Below, in pieces: positions 9,291 to 17,344 of a DNA stretch of 32,000 bases. Positions within the stretch are counted from its first letter, which is position 1. Every line of letters starts with the position of its first letter. This DNA comes from Candidatus Poseidoniaceae archaeon (GTDB lineage Archaea; Thermoplasmatota; Poseidoniia; Poseidoniales; Poseidoniaceae). The DNA is taken from the NCBI GenBank assembly GCA_943789275.1, contig CALSTM010000003.1, forward strand, positions 540,001 to 572,000, in the 5' to 3' direction. The translations under genes and the position numbers were made by a program. The notes under the pieces are model-generated. The model was not told the DNA's origin, searched no databases, and saw only the letters and a list, made by a program, of their open reading frames with translations.

Positions 9291-9923
9291 ATGAACAAGA
9301 ACTACAACCTTGATATCAAGAACTATAACCTTGCCAAAGACATCAAATCAGACGCTATACTTCCTACCGAAGAAGGTAATTTTAGAATGCGCGTCTTCGT
9401 TGACGACGCTGGAGCTGAACACAGCATACTCTCCGTTGGACTTGATGACACGACGAAATCTCCACTGGTACGCATCCATTCTGAATGTTTGACTGGTGAT
9501 GCATTTGGTTCGCTTAAGTGTGACTGTGGACCACAGTTGCGTGCTGCAATGAAGCGTATACAAGAAGAAGGATGCGGTGCTGTTGTTTACATGCGACAAG
9601 AAGGTCGCGGTATTGGCCTTGAAGCAAAGATACGCGCTTACGCACTACAAGACTTGGGAATGGATACGCTTGATGCAAACCTCGCGCTCAATTTGCCGGC
9701 CGATGGACGTGAATACGACTTCAGCGCACACATGCTCAAGCAAGTCGGCGTCTCGAAAGTCCGGTTGATGACCAACAATCCTCTCAAAATCGAAGGGCTT
9801 CGTTCAAACGGTATCTCGATCGGTGAACGTGTCCCTCACATCACCGGTCGATGCAAAACCAACAACCATTATCTTTCCACGAAGGCAAAGCGTATGGGTC
9901 ACTTAATTCCAGAACAAGCATAG
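9291..9923 (+). CDS. ribA: GTP cyclohydrolase II
   Basis: The signature VRIHSECLTGDAFGSLKCDCGPQL carries the Zn-binding Cys residues. YMRQEGRGIGL and RLMTNNP are also present. Starting at ATG 9291 gives 210 aa, typical for RibA. The track start at 9189 would span the divergent promoter. Confidence 0.92.
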   Translation: MNKNYNLDIKNYNLAKDIKSDAILPTEEGNFRMRVFVDDAGAEHSILSVGLDDTTKSPLVRIHSECLTGDAFGSLKCDCGPQLRAAMKRIQEEGCGAVVYMRQEGRGIGLEAKIRAYALQDLGMDTLDANLALNLPADGREYDFSAHMLKQVGVSKVRLMTNNPLKIEGLRSNGISIGERVPHITGRCKTNNHYLSTKAKRMGHLIPEQA

Positions 9924-9958
9924 TACTACTTTACAAGTACAACTCTTGAGGCAGTGGT

Positions 9959-10438
9959 ATGGGAAACAAACTTGTCGGTCAGACAGCACCCAATTTCACG
10001 CTTCCATCGACGACCGAGGAAACCATTTCGTTGGCCGATTATGACGACAAATGGAAAGTTCTGTTCTTCTATGCTAAGGACGGCTCCCCAACCTGTAAGC
10101 GCGGGTGTTTGACGTTCAAGGAACAGTTCGATTTGTTCCAATCGCTGACCCCTCCGGTCGAAGTGATTGGAATCAGCCAAGATTCTCTTGAAGACCACCG
10201 CCGTTTCAAATCTGAACTGAATTTACCTTTTGCACTCTTGAGCGACCCTGACCGCGAGGTTGCCGATGCATACGGCGTACCCGTTCACCTCGGTATTTTC
10301 CCAAGCAAGTCTTCGTTCCTCATCGGACCGGACCGCAAGGTCCACTATTGTTACGACTGGCTCTTCCGACCACGCCGTCACGTTGCTCGGATTCTTGATG
10401 CATTCAGTTCCCTCTCATCCGGAGGAGAAATGAAATGA
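9959..10438 (+). CDS. bcp: AhpC/TSA-family thiol peroxidase (Bcp/PrxQ-like)
   Basis: 159 aa with the layout KVLFFYAKDGSPTCKRGC...FALLSDPDREVADAYGV. The peroxidatic Cys sits in a PTC context. The spacing to the second Cys is 3 residues rather than the usual 4, so the subfamily is uncertain. Confidence 0.8.
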   Translation: MGNKLVGQTAPNFTLPSTTEETISLADYDDKWKVLFFYAKDGSPTCKRGCLTFKEQFDLFQSLTPPVEVIGISQDSLEDHRRFKSELNLPFALLSDPDREVADAYGVPVHLGIFPSKSSFLIGPDRKVHYCYDWLFRPRRHVARILDAFSSLSSGGEMK

Positions 10439-11838
10439 ATTGGACCGAATTGTTCCAAGATGCCGGATTGTCCGAGCGAGAAGCGCGCTCCGTTGTTCTC
10501 CTCTCGACCTCAAAAGAACTCAAAGCAAGCGAGTTGGCAAAGAAACTCGGCACCAACCGCCTTGATGCATACAACTCATTGTCAAGACTCACCGAAATTG
10601 GCTTGGTTAGCGTTACTGCCGACCGACCTATGCGCTTTTCTTGTTCGTCGCTTCCGGTTTTATTCAAGCGCCTCATTAAAGACCAGCGCGAGCGAATTGA
10701 CCGTACCAGCCAATCGTTTGACAAACTGATGTCCGGTGCTAAATCCGACTATGAAGAAGAAAAAGACAGTGAATCTGGAGAAACGAACGCTCGATTTGCT
10801 GTGCTAAAAGGTCGAGAACACATTCACAAGAAGATTGCGAACTTTGCTGATGAGGCCGAAGAGCGCCTCACACTGCTTCTCGGCCGATTTGGCATACTCC
10901 ATCTCTGCCGTTCATCCGGCCTCGCTGAAGTAAATTCAGCCTCTCAACGTGGCGTCGTAGTGACCGTTCTTGCCCAACTTGATCGAAGAACAATACGATT
11001 CTACGACCAACTCGATGATGCCATTGAGGTTCGTCACACCGATGAAATCAATTCCTTGGGTGTTCTGCAGGATACGAACAACGTCATTCAATTCCTCCAT
11101 GTCGAGGAAAACCCCGTTGGACGAGGCCGAGAAGATGCTGCACTGGTCATCAACTCCGATGTATTCAGCAGTTCTCATTCGGATTTCGTTTCCGCAATTT
11201 GGAACAAGGCTGTGGATTTTGAAAGTGCAAAGAAGCGCTTTACTGAAGAGCGAATCGTCGACCCGTTGCGACTTACCGTTGGACAAGGTTCGTTCCTTGA
11301 TCAATTCCGCGATGCACTTCAAGTCAGTACCGAACTTCCCGAAAAAGATACGCCGTTCAACCCTGAATCGTTCCTCGCATCAACGCGTGGCATCAATCAA
11401 GCACGTACCGCGTTGCAAGAAGGAACCGTCCAAAGCCTCAACCAGCTTGGCATAGACATCAACACCATGTTGCGTCAAGTTGGACAACGCATCGGCGAAG
11501 AATTGACCTTCAGTCTTCGAAAAATCGAAGGTCATGTTGAATACCTCAATGAATTGATGGACTGGTGGGAACATGCTGGGCTGGGAGAACTCGATTACGA
11601 CAGTGACCCGTTTTTCCACATCATCGTCAAACTTGCTCACCCTGCAAACACCGATTCGAAAGAGGCATTACCACTTTGGGAACTTGACGACGGAATCATC
11701 CAAGGTGCGCTGCTTGCTCGATATCCTGACAACGGTAATGTCCGTGTTCGCCGAGAAGCCGTCGAAGGTAGCGATGAACCAACATGGCGTTACACATTGA
11801 TTTTCATCGATGAAGAATTGGACGAAGAATCGGATTGA
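10435..11838 (+). CDS. TrmB-family transcriptional regulator with an extra C-terminal V4R-like sensor region
   Basis: The start forms an ATGA overlap with the bcp stop, and GGAGGAG lies upstream. The N-terminal TrmB wHTH reads LSEREARSVVLLSTSKELKASELAKKLGTNRLDAYNSLSRLTEIGLV. The middle TrmB_C-like region reads FAVLKGREHIHKKIANFADEAEERL...QRGVVVTVL. The last ~130 aa (GQRIGEEL...GLGELDYD...GIIQGALLARY...VRVRRE) resemble a V4R fold, but that call is inference. Confidence 0.75.
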   Translation: MNWTELFQDAGLSEREARSVVLLSTSKELKASELAKKLGTNRLDAYNSLSRLTEIGLVSVTADRPMRFSCSSLPVLFKRLIKDQRERIDRTSQSFDKLMSGAKSDYEEEKDSESGETNARFAVLKGREHIHKKIANFADEAEERLTLLLGRFGILHLCRSSGLAEVNSASQRGVVVTVLAQLDRRTIRFYDQLDDAIEVRHTDEINSLGVLQDTNNVIQFLHVEENPVGRGREDAALVINSDVFSSSHSDFVSAIWNKAVDFESAKKRFTEERIVDPLRLTVGQGSFLDQFRDALQVSTELPEKDTPFNPESFLASTRGINQARTALQEGTVQSLNQLGIDINTMLRQVGQRIGEELTFSLRKIEGHVEYLNELMDWWEHAGLGELDYDSDPFFHIIVKLAHPANTDSKEALPLWELDDGIIQGALLARYPDNGNVRVRREAVEGSDEPTWRYTLIFIDEELDEESD

Positions 11839-11880
11839 GAAAAAACATCCTTTGATAAGCCGTTGTCCTGAAAACGGTGT

Positions 11881-13098
11881 ATGCGAGCATTCACTTTCTT
11901 TCGCTTTATGCGACAAATTTTGCGGAAGAAACCCGCTGACCTTGACTGGATTCAACGTCAAGGCCTCATCGCAGTGAAATTAGCTCAAATCTTCGCTCTC
12001 CGTCCGGATTTACTCGGTGTCGAAAAATGCCGCCAACTGCAACAATTGTATCAGCATGCTGCGTCCATTGAATCTGAGAACTTGCACGAAACCATCGCCA
12101 AAAAAGCACCGAAAGGTTTCACCGATGCGTTTGATTTCATCGACGACCAACCCCTTGCAGCAGCATCGGTAGGTCAAGTCCATCGTGGGCGACTGAAGAC
12201 GGGCGAAGAAGTCGTTATCAAATTCATTAAGCAGACAAACGCCGTTGAATTCAAGAAAGAAGTAACTCGAATGCGTCGATGGTTGCGAATATTCCTCATC
12301 TTTGCGCCAAAACTCCGAAAGGTTGGCAACCCAATGGCGTTGATCAATCACGTTGCGGATTATACATTGAGAGAACTCGACTTGCGCAACGAAATCAAAG
12401 GGGCAGATGAACTCAAGGGCATTCAGACTTCCTTGTCCAACGACTTCGAAATGTCACTGCTTCGATTCCCAGTGTACTATTCTGAACTGTCCAACCAAGA
12501 CATCCTTGTCTCTGAATACATCGAAGGAATGTCACTGGAAGAAGGCATCGAGGAAAAATCGCTCAGTTGGGATTTCCTGCTTCAGTTCTTCCGCATACAC
12601 GGTGCTTTCTTGTTCGGAATTGGTACCTTCCACGGCGACCTTCATCCAGGGAACTGTATCGTGGACAAAGACGGAAAATTCGTGTTCATCGATAACGGAG
12701 CAATATGCCATGCGCCGAAACATGTTGCGCACTCGCTGTTTACTTTCTTCGACCACCTGTCTCGCCAAGAACGGCAAGAGGCATTCACGGCGTTGCTTGC
12801 CATGACCGAAGTCACACCAAACGAAAAGAAACTCAAGAAGTATTATTCGACGATGGGCGAAATATACCACGACTTTGAGAACAAGCCGGTTGGTGAACAA
12901 AGCCTCACCCGTATCATGATGAAAACGGTCCGTGCTGCGGTAGAACACGCAGGAGCGAACTTTGGTGAGGAAGCCTTCCCGATTATTCGAGCGCTGATGT
13001 ACCTTGACGGTCTTGTCATACGAACACACCCTGATGCTTTGCTTATTCAATCGATGGGGCCTTTCTTGGAAGAGTTCAAAGAAAAACTGAACATTTGA
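11881..13098 (+). CDS. ABC1/UbiB-family atypical protein kinase
   Basis: Family motifs are present: IAVKLAQIFALRPDLL, AAASVGQVHRGRL, VVIKF and FHGDLHPGNCIV..DGKFVFIDNG. Confidence 0.9.
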   Translation: MRAFTFFRFMRQILRKKPADLDWIQRQGLIAVKLAQIFALRPDLLGVEKCRQLQQLYQHAASIESENLHETIAKKAPKGFTDAFDFIDDQPLAAASVGQVHRGRLKTGEEVVIKFIKQTNAVEFKKEVTRMRRWLRIFLIFAPKLRKVGNPMALINHVADYTLRELDLRNEIKGADELKGIQTSLSNDFEMSLLRFPVYYSELSNQDILVSEYIEGMSLEEGIEEKSLSWDFLLQFFRIHGAFLFGIGTFHGDLHPGNCIVDKDGKFVFIDNGAICHAPKHVAHSLFTFFDHLSRQERQEAFTALLAMTEVTPNEKKLKKYYSTMGEIYHDFENKPVGEQSLTRIMMKTVRAAVEHAGANFGEEAFPIIRALMYLDGLVIRTHPDALLIQSMGPFLEEFKEKLNI

Positions 13099-13104
13099 GG
13101 TGGT

Positions 13105-14358
13105 ATGTTGAGCCAATCGATCGCAGTTCTCGGCGCAGGATTGTCTGGACTTCGATGCGCTGCAATCTTACATGAGGCGGGTTTTGATGTTCAGGTCTAC
13201 GAAAAAGCAGACCGCATTGGTGGACGAATGACGACCGATAAAGTCAACGGATTTTTACTTGACCATGGCTTTCATGTGATGCAATCCGCCTATCCGACTT
13301 CGAAGCGTGCCTTTGATTTCCAGAAACTTGGTGCTCAAGCGTTTGAGCCCGGCGCGGTTGTCGTTCAACGCAAGAAAGGCAAGGCCAAGTTTTGGCGTTT
13401 AGCCGACCCTTTCCGACGACCGATCCAAGGTCTTGCAGGCGGATTGAACGGTTTTGCTTCGCAGTTTGATTTGCTGCGCGTTGCTCGTTTACGCCATTCG
13501 GTCCGTCGAGGAAACCTTGAGCGAGTATTTGAGGGGGACGATAAGGAAACCAGCACCATGCTGCGCAAGAGAGGATTCTCACAATCCATGATTGACCGAT
13601 TCTTTCATCCGCTTTTTTCCGGTATTTTTCTTGAAAAGGACCTGCGAACAAACGAGAGAATGTTTCGGTTCGTCTTCAGAATGATGTCGGAAGGTGACAT
13701 GGTTCTACCAAAAGATGGTATTGCCGCAGCCCCCCGCTTTTTGGCTGATGTGCTCGGCGACCAACGCATCCATTTGAGCACTGAGGCCGAACTTCTTGAT
13801 GAGCACACCCTGCGAATTGGTGGTCAGGAAAAAACGTTTGACGCCGTCGTTCATGCTTACAATCCTCGACGGAGTGAAAGCAAGCGCCATGTTTGGACGC
13901 TGCATTTTGATGCACCCACATCGCCTTTCACTTCCAACCACATCATGCTCAACGGCGATGTCAAACTCCACAATCAATTGATTGCCCACATCGCCGTTCC
14001 CTCCGATGTACAGCCCAGTTATGCACCTGAGGGCCGTTCACTGGTTACCGTCACCATCGTTGGTGAAACTGCAGATTCCTTGGGCCTCACCGACGCAAAC
14101 CAAGTGCTTGATGTAGCTACAAAGGAATTACGTTCATGGTTCGGCTCCGAAGTAGATGCATGGCAAACCTTAGCCACTCAACACATTGAACACGCTTTAC
14201 CAGAAGTTGCAGCCGGCACTGCACTTACCGGTCAATCATCAGCAACCGAAGGTCCGTTCGTATGCGGAGACCACACCGTGCATGGGAGCGTCGAAGGGGC
14301 CCTGCTTTCGGCGGAGAAAACTTCTCAGCGAATTATTGAGACGTTCTCTTCCAGTTGA
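13105..14358 (+). CDS. FAD/NAD(P)-dependent oxidoreductase, amine-oxidase / phytoene-desaturase superfamily
   Basis: The N-terminal dinucleotide fold is IAVLGAGLSGLRCAAILHEAGFDVQVYEKADRIGGR. The C-terminal motif is FVCGDHTVHGSVEGALLSA. GAGGTGG lies immediately upstream, and the gene starts 6 nt after the ABC1 stop. Confidence 0.85.
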   Translation: MLSQSIAVLGAGLSGLRCAAILHEAGFDVQVYEKADRIGGRMTTDKVNGFLLDHGFHVMQSAYPTSKRAFDFQKLGAQAFEPGAVVVQRKKGKAKFWRLADPFRRPIQGLAGGLNGFASQFDLLRVARLRHSVRRGNLERVFEGDDKETSTMLRKRGFSQSMIDRFFHPLFSGIFLEKDLRTNERMFRFVFRMMSEGDMVLPKDGIAAAPRFLADVLGDQRIHLSTEAELLDEHTLRIGGQEKTFDAVVHAYNPRRSESKRHVWTLHFDAPTSPFTSNHIMLNGDVKLHNQLIAHIAVPSDVQPSYAPEGRSLVTVTIVGETADSLGLTDANQVLDVATKELRSWFGSEVDAWQTLATQHIEHALPEVAAGTALTGQSSATEGPFVCGDHTVHGSVEGALLSAEKTSQRIIETFSSS

Positions 14359-14433
14359 ACAACGGCCATTTTTCCCGACCGATGAAGAAAAGAAGTCGGC
14401 CCTCTTGGACAAGGTATGGCCAAGGAGGTGAAG

Positions 14434-15225
14434 ATGCTTGGAACGGGTAACGCCTTCATGCCGTACGGCCGATATCACTCGTTTGCACTCATCGATGGCA
14501 AGCACATCATTGACTGTCCTCCAACTGCGATGGCAAGTCTACGTCGTGCTCGCGTTCCTCTCAGCGAGATTGAGACCATCTTCATCACCCATGTTCACGG
14601 TGACCACGTGTTTGGATTCCCGTTCTTGTTGCTTGAACGTCGGTACATTTCCGACCGTGCCATGCTCAAACCTCTCACGGTTGTTGCTGCTGATGGTGTC
14701 AAGGAACATCTGTGGAAATTGTGTGAGTTGGCCTATCCAGGTAGTTTGGAAGAAATATTTGCGACCGTTACATGGAAATCAGAAGTCGAAGGAGAATTGG
14801 ATTCCGGACTCTCTTGGAAACGGTTCCGCGTCCAACACGATGAATCGGTGGATCCTTACGGCTACCATTTCAATTCTGGTCAAGAAGGAAGCTTTGTTCA
14901 CAGCGGTGATTCAGGTCCGTGCCAAACGCTCCATGATGAAATCTGTTCAGCAAGCATGGCCATCATCGAAATGGGGTATCCTGAATGGGTTGATTCTGAC
15001 CATCACCACAAACCTTCAGACATTCAAACGCTGGCAGAAAAGGCAGAATCCGTTCGGTTGATTGTAACGCACACCTACATTGACCAACCCGGTGTTCATT
15101 CAGAAGTCACTGTGACCGATGAATATCCAGTTCATCCAGCAAATGTCCACCATGCTGAAGACGGACTTTGTCTTCATCGAAGCGGAGAGAATTGGGTTCT
15201 TGGAATGAAGAAATACCACGAGTGA
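14434..15225 (+). CDS. metallo-beta-lactamase-fold hydrolase
   Basis: The HxHxDH motif is present (ITHVHGDHVFGFPFLL), with later His/Asp ligands (HSGDSG, VTHTY). I prefer ATG 14434 because AGGAGGTG occupies 14423-14430 with a 3-nt spacer. The track start is 14416. Confidence 0.8.
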   Translation: MLGTGNAFMPYGRYHSFALIDGKHIIDCPPTAMASLRRARVPLSEIETIFITHVHGDHVFGFPFLLLERRYISDRAMLKPLTVVAADGVKEHLWKLCELAYPGSLEEIFATVTWKSEVEGELDSGLSWKRFRVQHDESVDPYGYHFNSGQEGSFVHSGDSGPCQTLHDEICSASMAIIEMGYPEWVDSDHHHKPSDIQTLAEKAESVRLIVTHTYIDQPGVHSEVTVTDEYPVHPANVHHAEDGLCLHRSGENWVLGMKKYHE

Positions 15226-15232
15226 GTTTGGC

Positions 15233-15275
15233 GGGGCTTTCGTTCGGAAAACGACCCAAAAGTGTGTTATTTTTT
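15233..15275 (+). terminator. hairpin plus T6 tract downstream of the MBL gene
   Basis: The hairpin is GGGGcuuUCGUUcggaaAACGAccc (15233-15257), followed by TTTTTT at 15270-15275. Oligo-T tracts are the usual archaeal termination signal. Confidence 0.35.
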
Positions 15276-15460
15276 ACTGAAAGAGCGTATAAAGCGAGAC
15301 CCTTTATAATCTCGTATTTAATTCACAGAACGATTGAAAACTCTACCTGCAAATCTCATCGACGGTCATACTTATGAGGGGGACTCGGACTAACGCACAT
15401 TATCGCGCAAGTCCCGCCCGGAACTTTGACGATTCGACCAGAACCCAAGAGGCCACCAAC

Positions 15461-16702
15461 ATGAGCAGAAACATTTTCGATGATTTCCTCTCACGGCAAA
15501 CTCTGTTCTTAAACAAGGAAAAACTTCGTCACGACCACCTCCCCGAAAACCTTCCACATCGGGAGAAGGAAATCGAAGCCATTGCTTTCAATTTGGTTGA
15601 AGCTTTGAACGGTCAAATTCCATCGAACATGACTCTTTACGGCGTCACCGGCGCTGGAAAAACGGCAGTGACAAAATTCGTCTGCAACCAACTCGAAGAA
15701 AAAGGCGCAGAAAAGAACCGAGCCGTTCGTTCAATCATGGTCAACTGCAGACAAATTGATACCCAATACCGGGTCTTGAGCCATCTTGGGAACTCGTTGC
15801 GTGAAGAACACGAAATCGATGAGATTCCATTTACAGGATGGCCAACAGACCGTGTGTTTGCGGAACTTGTTCGTCGAATGGACGAAAAAGGCGGCGTTTA
15901 CATTCTTGTTCTCGACGAGATTGACCACTTGGTTCGTAAAGCAGGTGACGATCTTCTGTACAATCTCACCAGCCTCAACGCCTCGTTAAAATCCGCTCGA
16001 ACTTGCGTCATCGGTATTTCGAACGATTTGAAATTCACCGATTTCCTCGACCCACGCGTTCGTTCTCGTCTAGGGCAACTTGACATCGTGTTCAATCCGT
16101 ACGATGCTAGCCAACTTCAGGACATTTTGCGCCAACGCTCAGAAGGCTCGCTCAAGCAAGAAATTCTTGATGAAGGCGTTATTGCCTTGTGTGCAGCACT
16201 TGCTGCTCAAGAACACGGTGATGCACGATGTGCATTGGATTTGTTACGTGTCTCGACTGAAAGAGCCGAACAAAACGGTGATTCAACCGTCACTCAACGG
16301 CATGTTCGAATGGCCCAACACCAAATTGAGAGGGATCAGATGATTCCAGTGATTTCGTCGCTTCCAAGTCAACAAAAGCTCGTTTTGGCATCCGTCCTCC
16401 TCAATGAGAAGAACGGCCTGCGTAATATTCAGACTGGAGAGGTGTACGATGTTTACCAACAAGCGTGCCGATACATTGGCCACAATGCTTTGACTCAACG
16501 TAGAGTTTCGGGCCTCATTTCGAACCTTGATATGCTCGGACTGGTCACTGCTCGCACCATAAGTAAAGGGCGATACGGCCGCTCAAAGCAAATCAATTCC
16601 TGCATCCCAAACAACGTTGATGCACAAGCGATTATGATTGAGTCCGAATCGGAAATGGAAGAAGTTTTCCAACGACCTTATCGCCATCAATCACGACTTT
16701 GA
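15461..16702 (+). CDS. orc1: Orc1/Cdc6 replication initiator
   Basis: Motifs in order: LPHREKEIEAIA, Walker A YGVTGAGKT, Walker B ILVLDEIDHL, sensor-2 HGDARCALDLLR, and a C-terminal winged helix (SKGRYGRSK). ATG 15461 has AGAGG about 9 nt upstream and gives a typical N-terminus (MSRNIFDDFL...). The track start at 15374 adds 29 atypical residues. Confidence 0.95.
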   Translation: MSRNIFDDFLSRQTLFLNKEKLRHDHLPENLPHREKEIEAIAFNLVEALNGQIPSNMTLYGVTGAGKTAVTKFVCNQLEEKGAEKNRAVRSIMVNCRQIDTQYRVLSHLGNSLREEHEIDEIPFTGWPTDRVFAELVRRMDEKGGVYILVLDEIDHLVRKAGDDLLYNLTSLNASLKSARTCVIGISNDLKFTDFLDPRVRSRLGQLDIVFNPYDASQLQDILRQRSEGSLKQEILDEGVIALCAALAAQEHGDARCALDLLRVSTERAEQNGDSTVTQRHVRMAQHQIERDQMIPVISSLPSQQKLVLASVLLNEKNGLRNIQTGEVYDVYQQACRYIGHNALTQRRVSGLISNLDMLGLVTARTISKGRYGRSKQINSCIPNNVDAQAIMIESESEMEEVFQRPYRHQSRL

Positions 16703-16775
16703 TTGCCTATATAGCGAAACAATACAATTCTGAATGCTTCGGTGTGCTTATATCCAAAAGGTAGGTGGGCGGATT

Positions 16776-17342
16776 ATGAGCACAGAAAACAGCGACGCTG
16801 ACGCCACCATTGTTTCGATGTTGTTGAACCCATCTCGCACCATGGCAAACTGGTACGCTGGTATCGGTATATTCGGTATCTTCTTGGCCGTATTGAACAT
16901 CATTGGAATGGTTCATCCAACCTATCACCTTTCGTGGGGTGGATTGTTTACCTTTGAAGCAATGAATGCGGCTTTTGAGCCAAAATCTGACGGCGTTCAA
17001 GTGGTCCTTTCTGACTTCATCTTCATCGGCCTATGTATCGCTTTGGCTGGCCTTGGAATTCGAACCTTCGGCAACGACGAATCCGGAATCGCTGGCTGGT
17101 TCAAGAGCATCCTTGTCAACGACACCTGGCCTGCGTTGGTGGACCCAGACATCGGCGGATGGAACAAACTCTTCGGCGCTTGGTCTGTCTTGCTCGGAAT
17201 TATTTTCTACTTCTATTACGGTATTGTTAACACCGGATGGATTGATGTTGGAGTTTATTCCGTGAGCATCGCATTGATTGCTTTCGGACTTGGTTTGCTC
17301 ATGGCTGCCAACGCACCTGAAGGCGATGACAACTTGGACTGA
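16776..17342 (+). CDS. integral membrane protein, about 4 TM segments, unknown function
   Basis: Four hydrophobic stretches are present: WYAGIGIFGIFLAVLNIIGMV, FIFIGLCIALAGLGI, LFGAWSVLLGIIFYFYYGIV and VYSVSIALIAFGLGLLMAA. ATG 16776 is preceded by AGGTAGGTGGG. Its stop is 2 nt from the convergent GT2 stop. Confidence 0.6.
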   Translation: MSTENSDADATIVSMLLNPSRTMANWYAGIGIFGIFLAVLNIIGMVHPTYHLSWGGLFTFEAMNAAFEPKSDGVQVVLSDFIFIGLCIALAGLGIRTFGNDESGIAGWFKSILVNDTWPALVDPDIGGWNKLFGAWSVLLGIIFYFYYGIVNTGWIDVGVYSVSIALIAFGLGLLMAANAPEGDDNLD

Positions 17343-17344
17343 GT

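Noticed and set aside
12532-13116. 194-aa minus-strand ORF antisense to the ABC1 kinase gene. The same applies to 3304-3852 (-) in the ALDH gene, 6682-7274 (+) in the SDR gene, 13244-13989 (-) in the flavoprotein gene and 14438-15061 (+) in the MBL gene.
   Set aside because: Each is fully nested in a motif-supported gene on the other strand or frame. None has a motif or ribosome-binding signal.
15374-15460. Upstream in-frame ATG 15374 for orc1
   Set aside because: The added 29 residues (MRGTRTNAHYRASPARNFDDSTRTQEATN) do not resemble Orc1 N-termini. ATG 15461 has an AGAGG motif upstream and starts a typical Orc1 N-terminal sequence.
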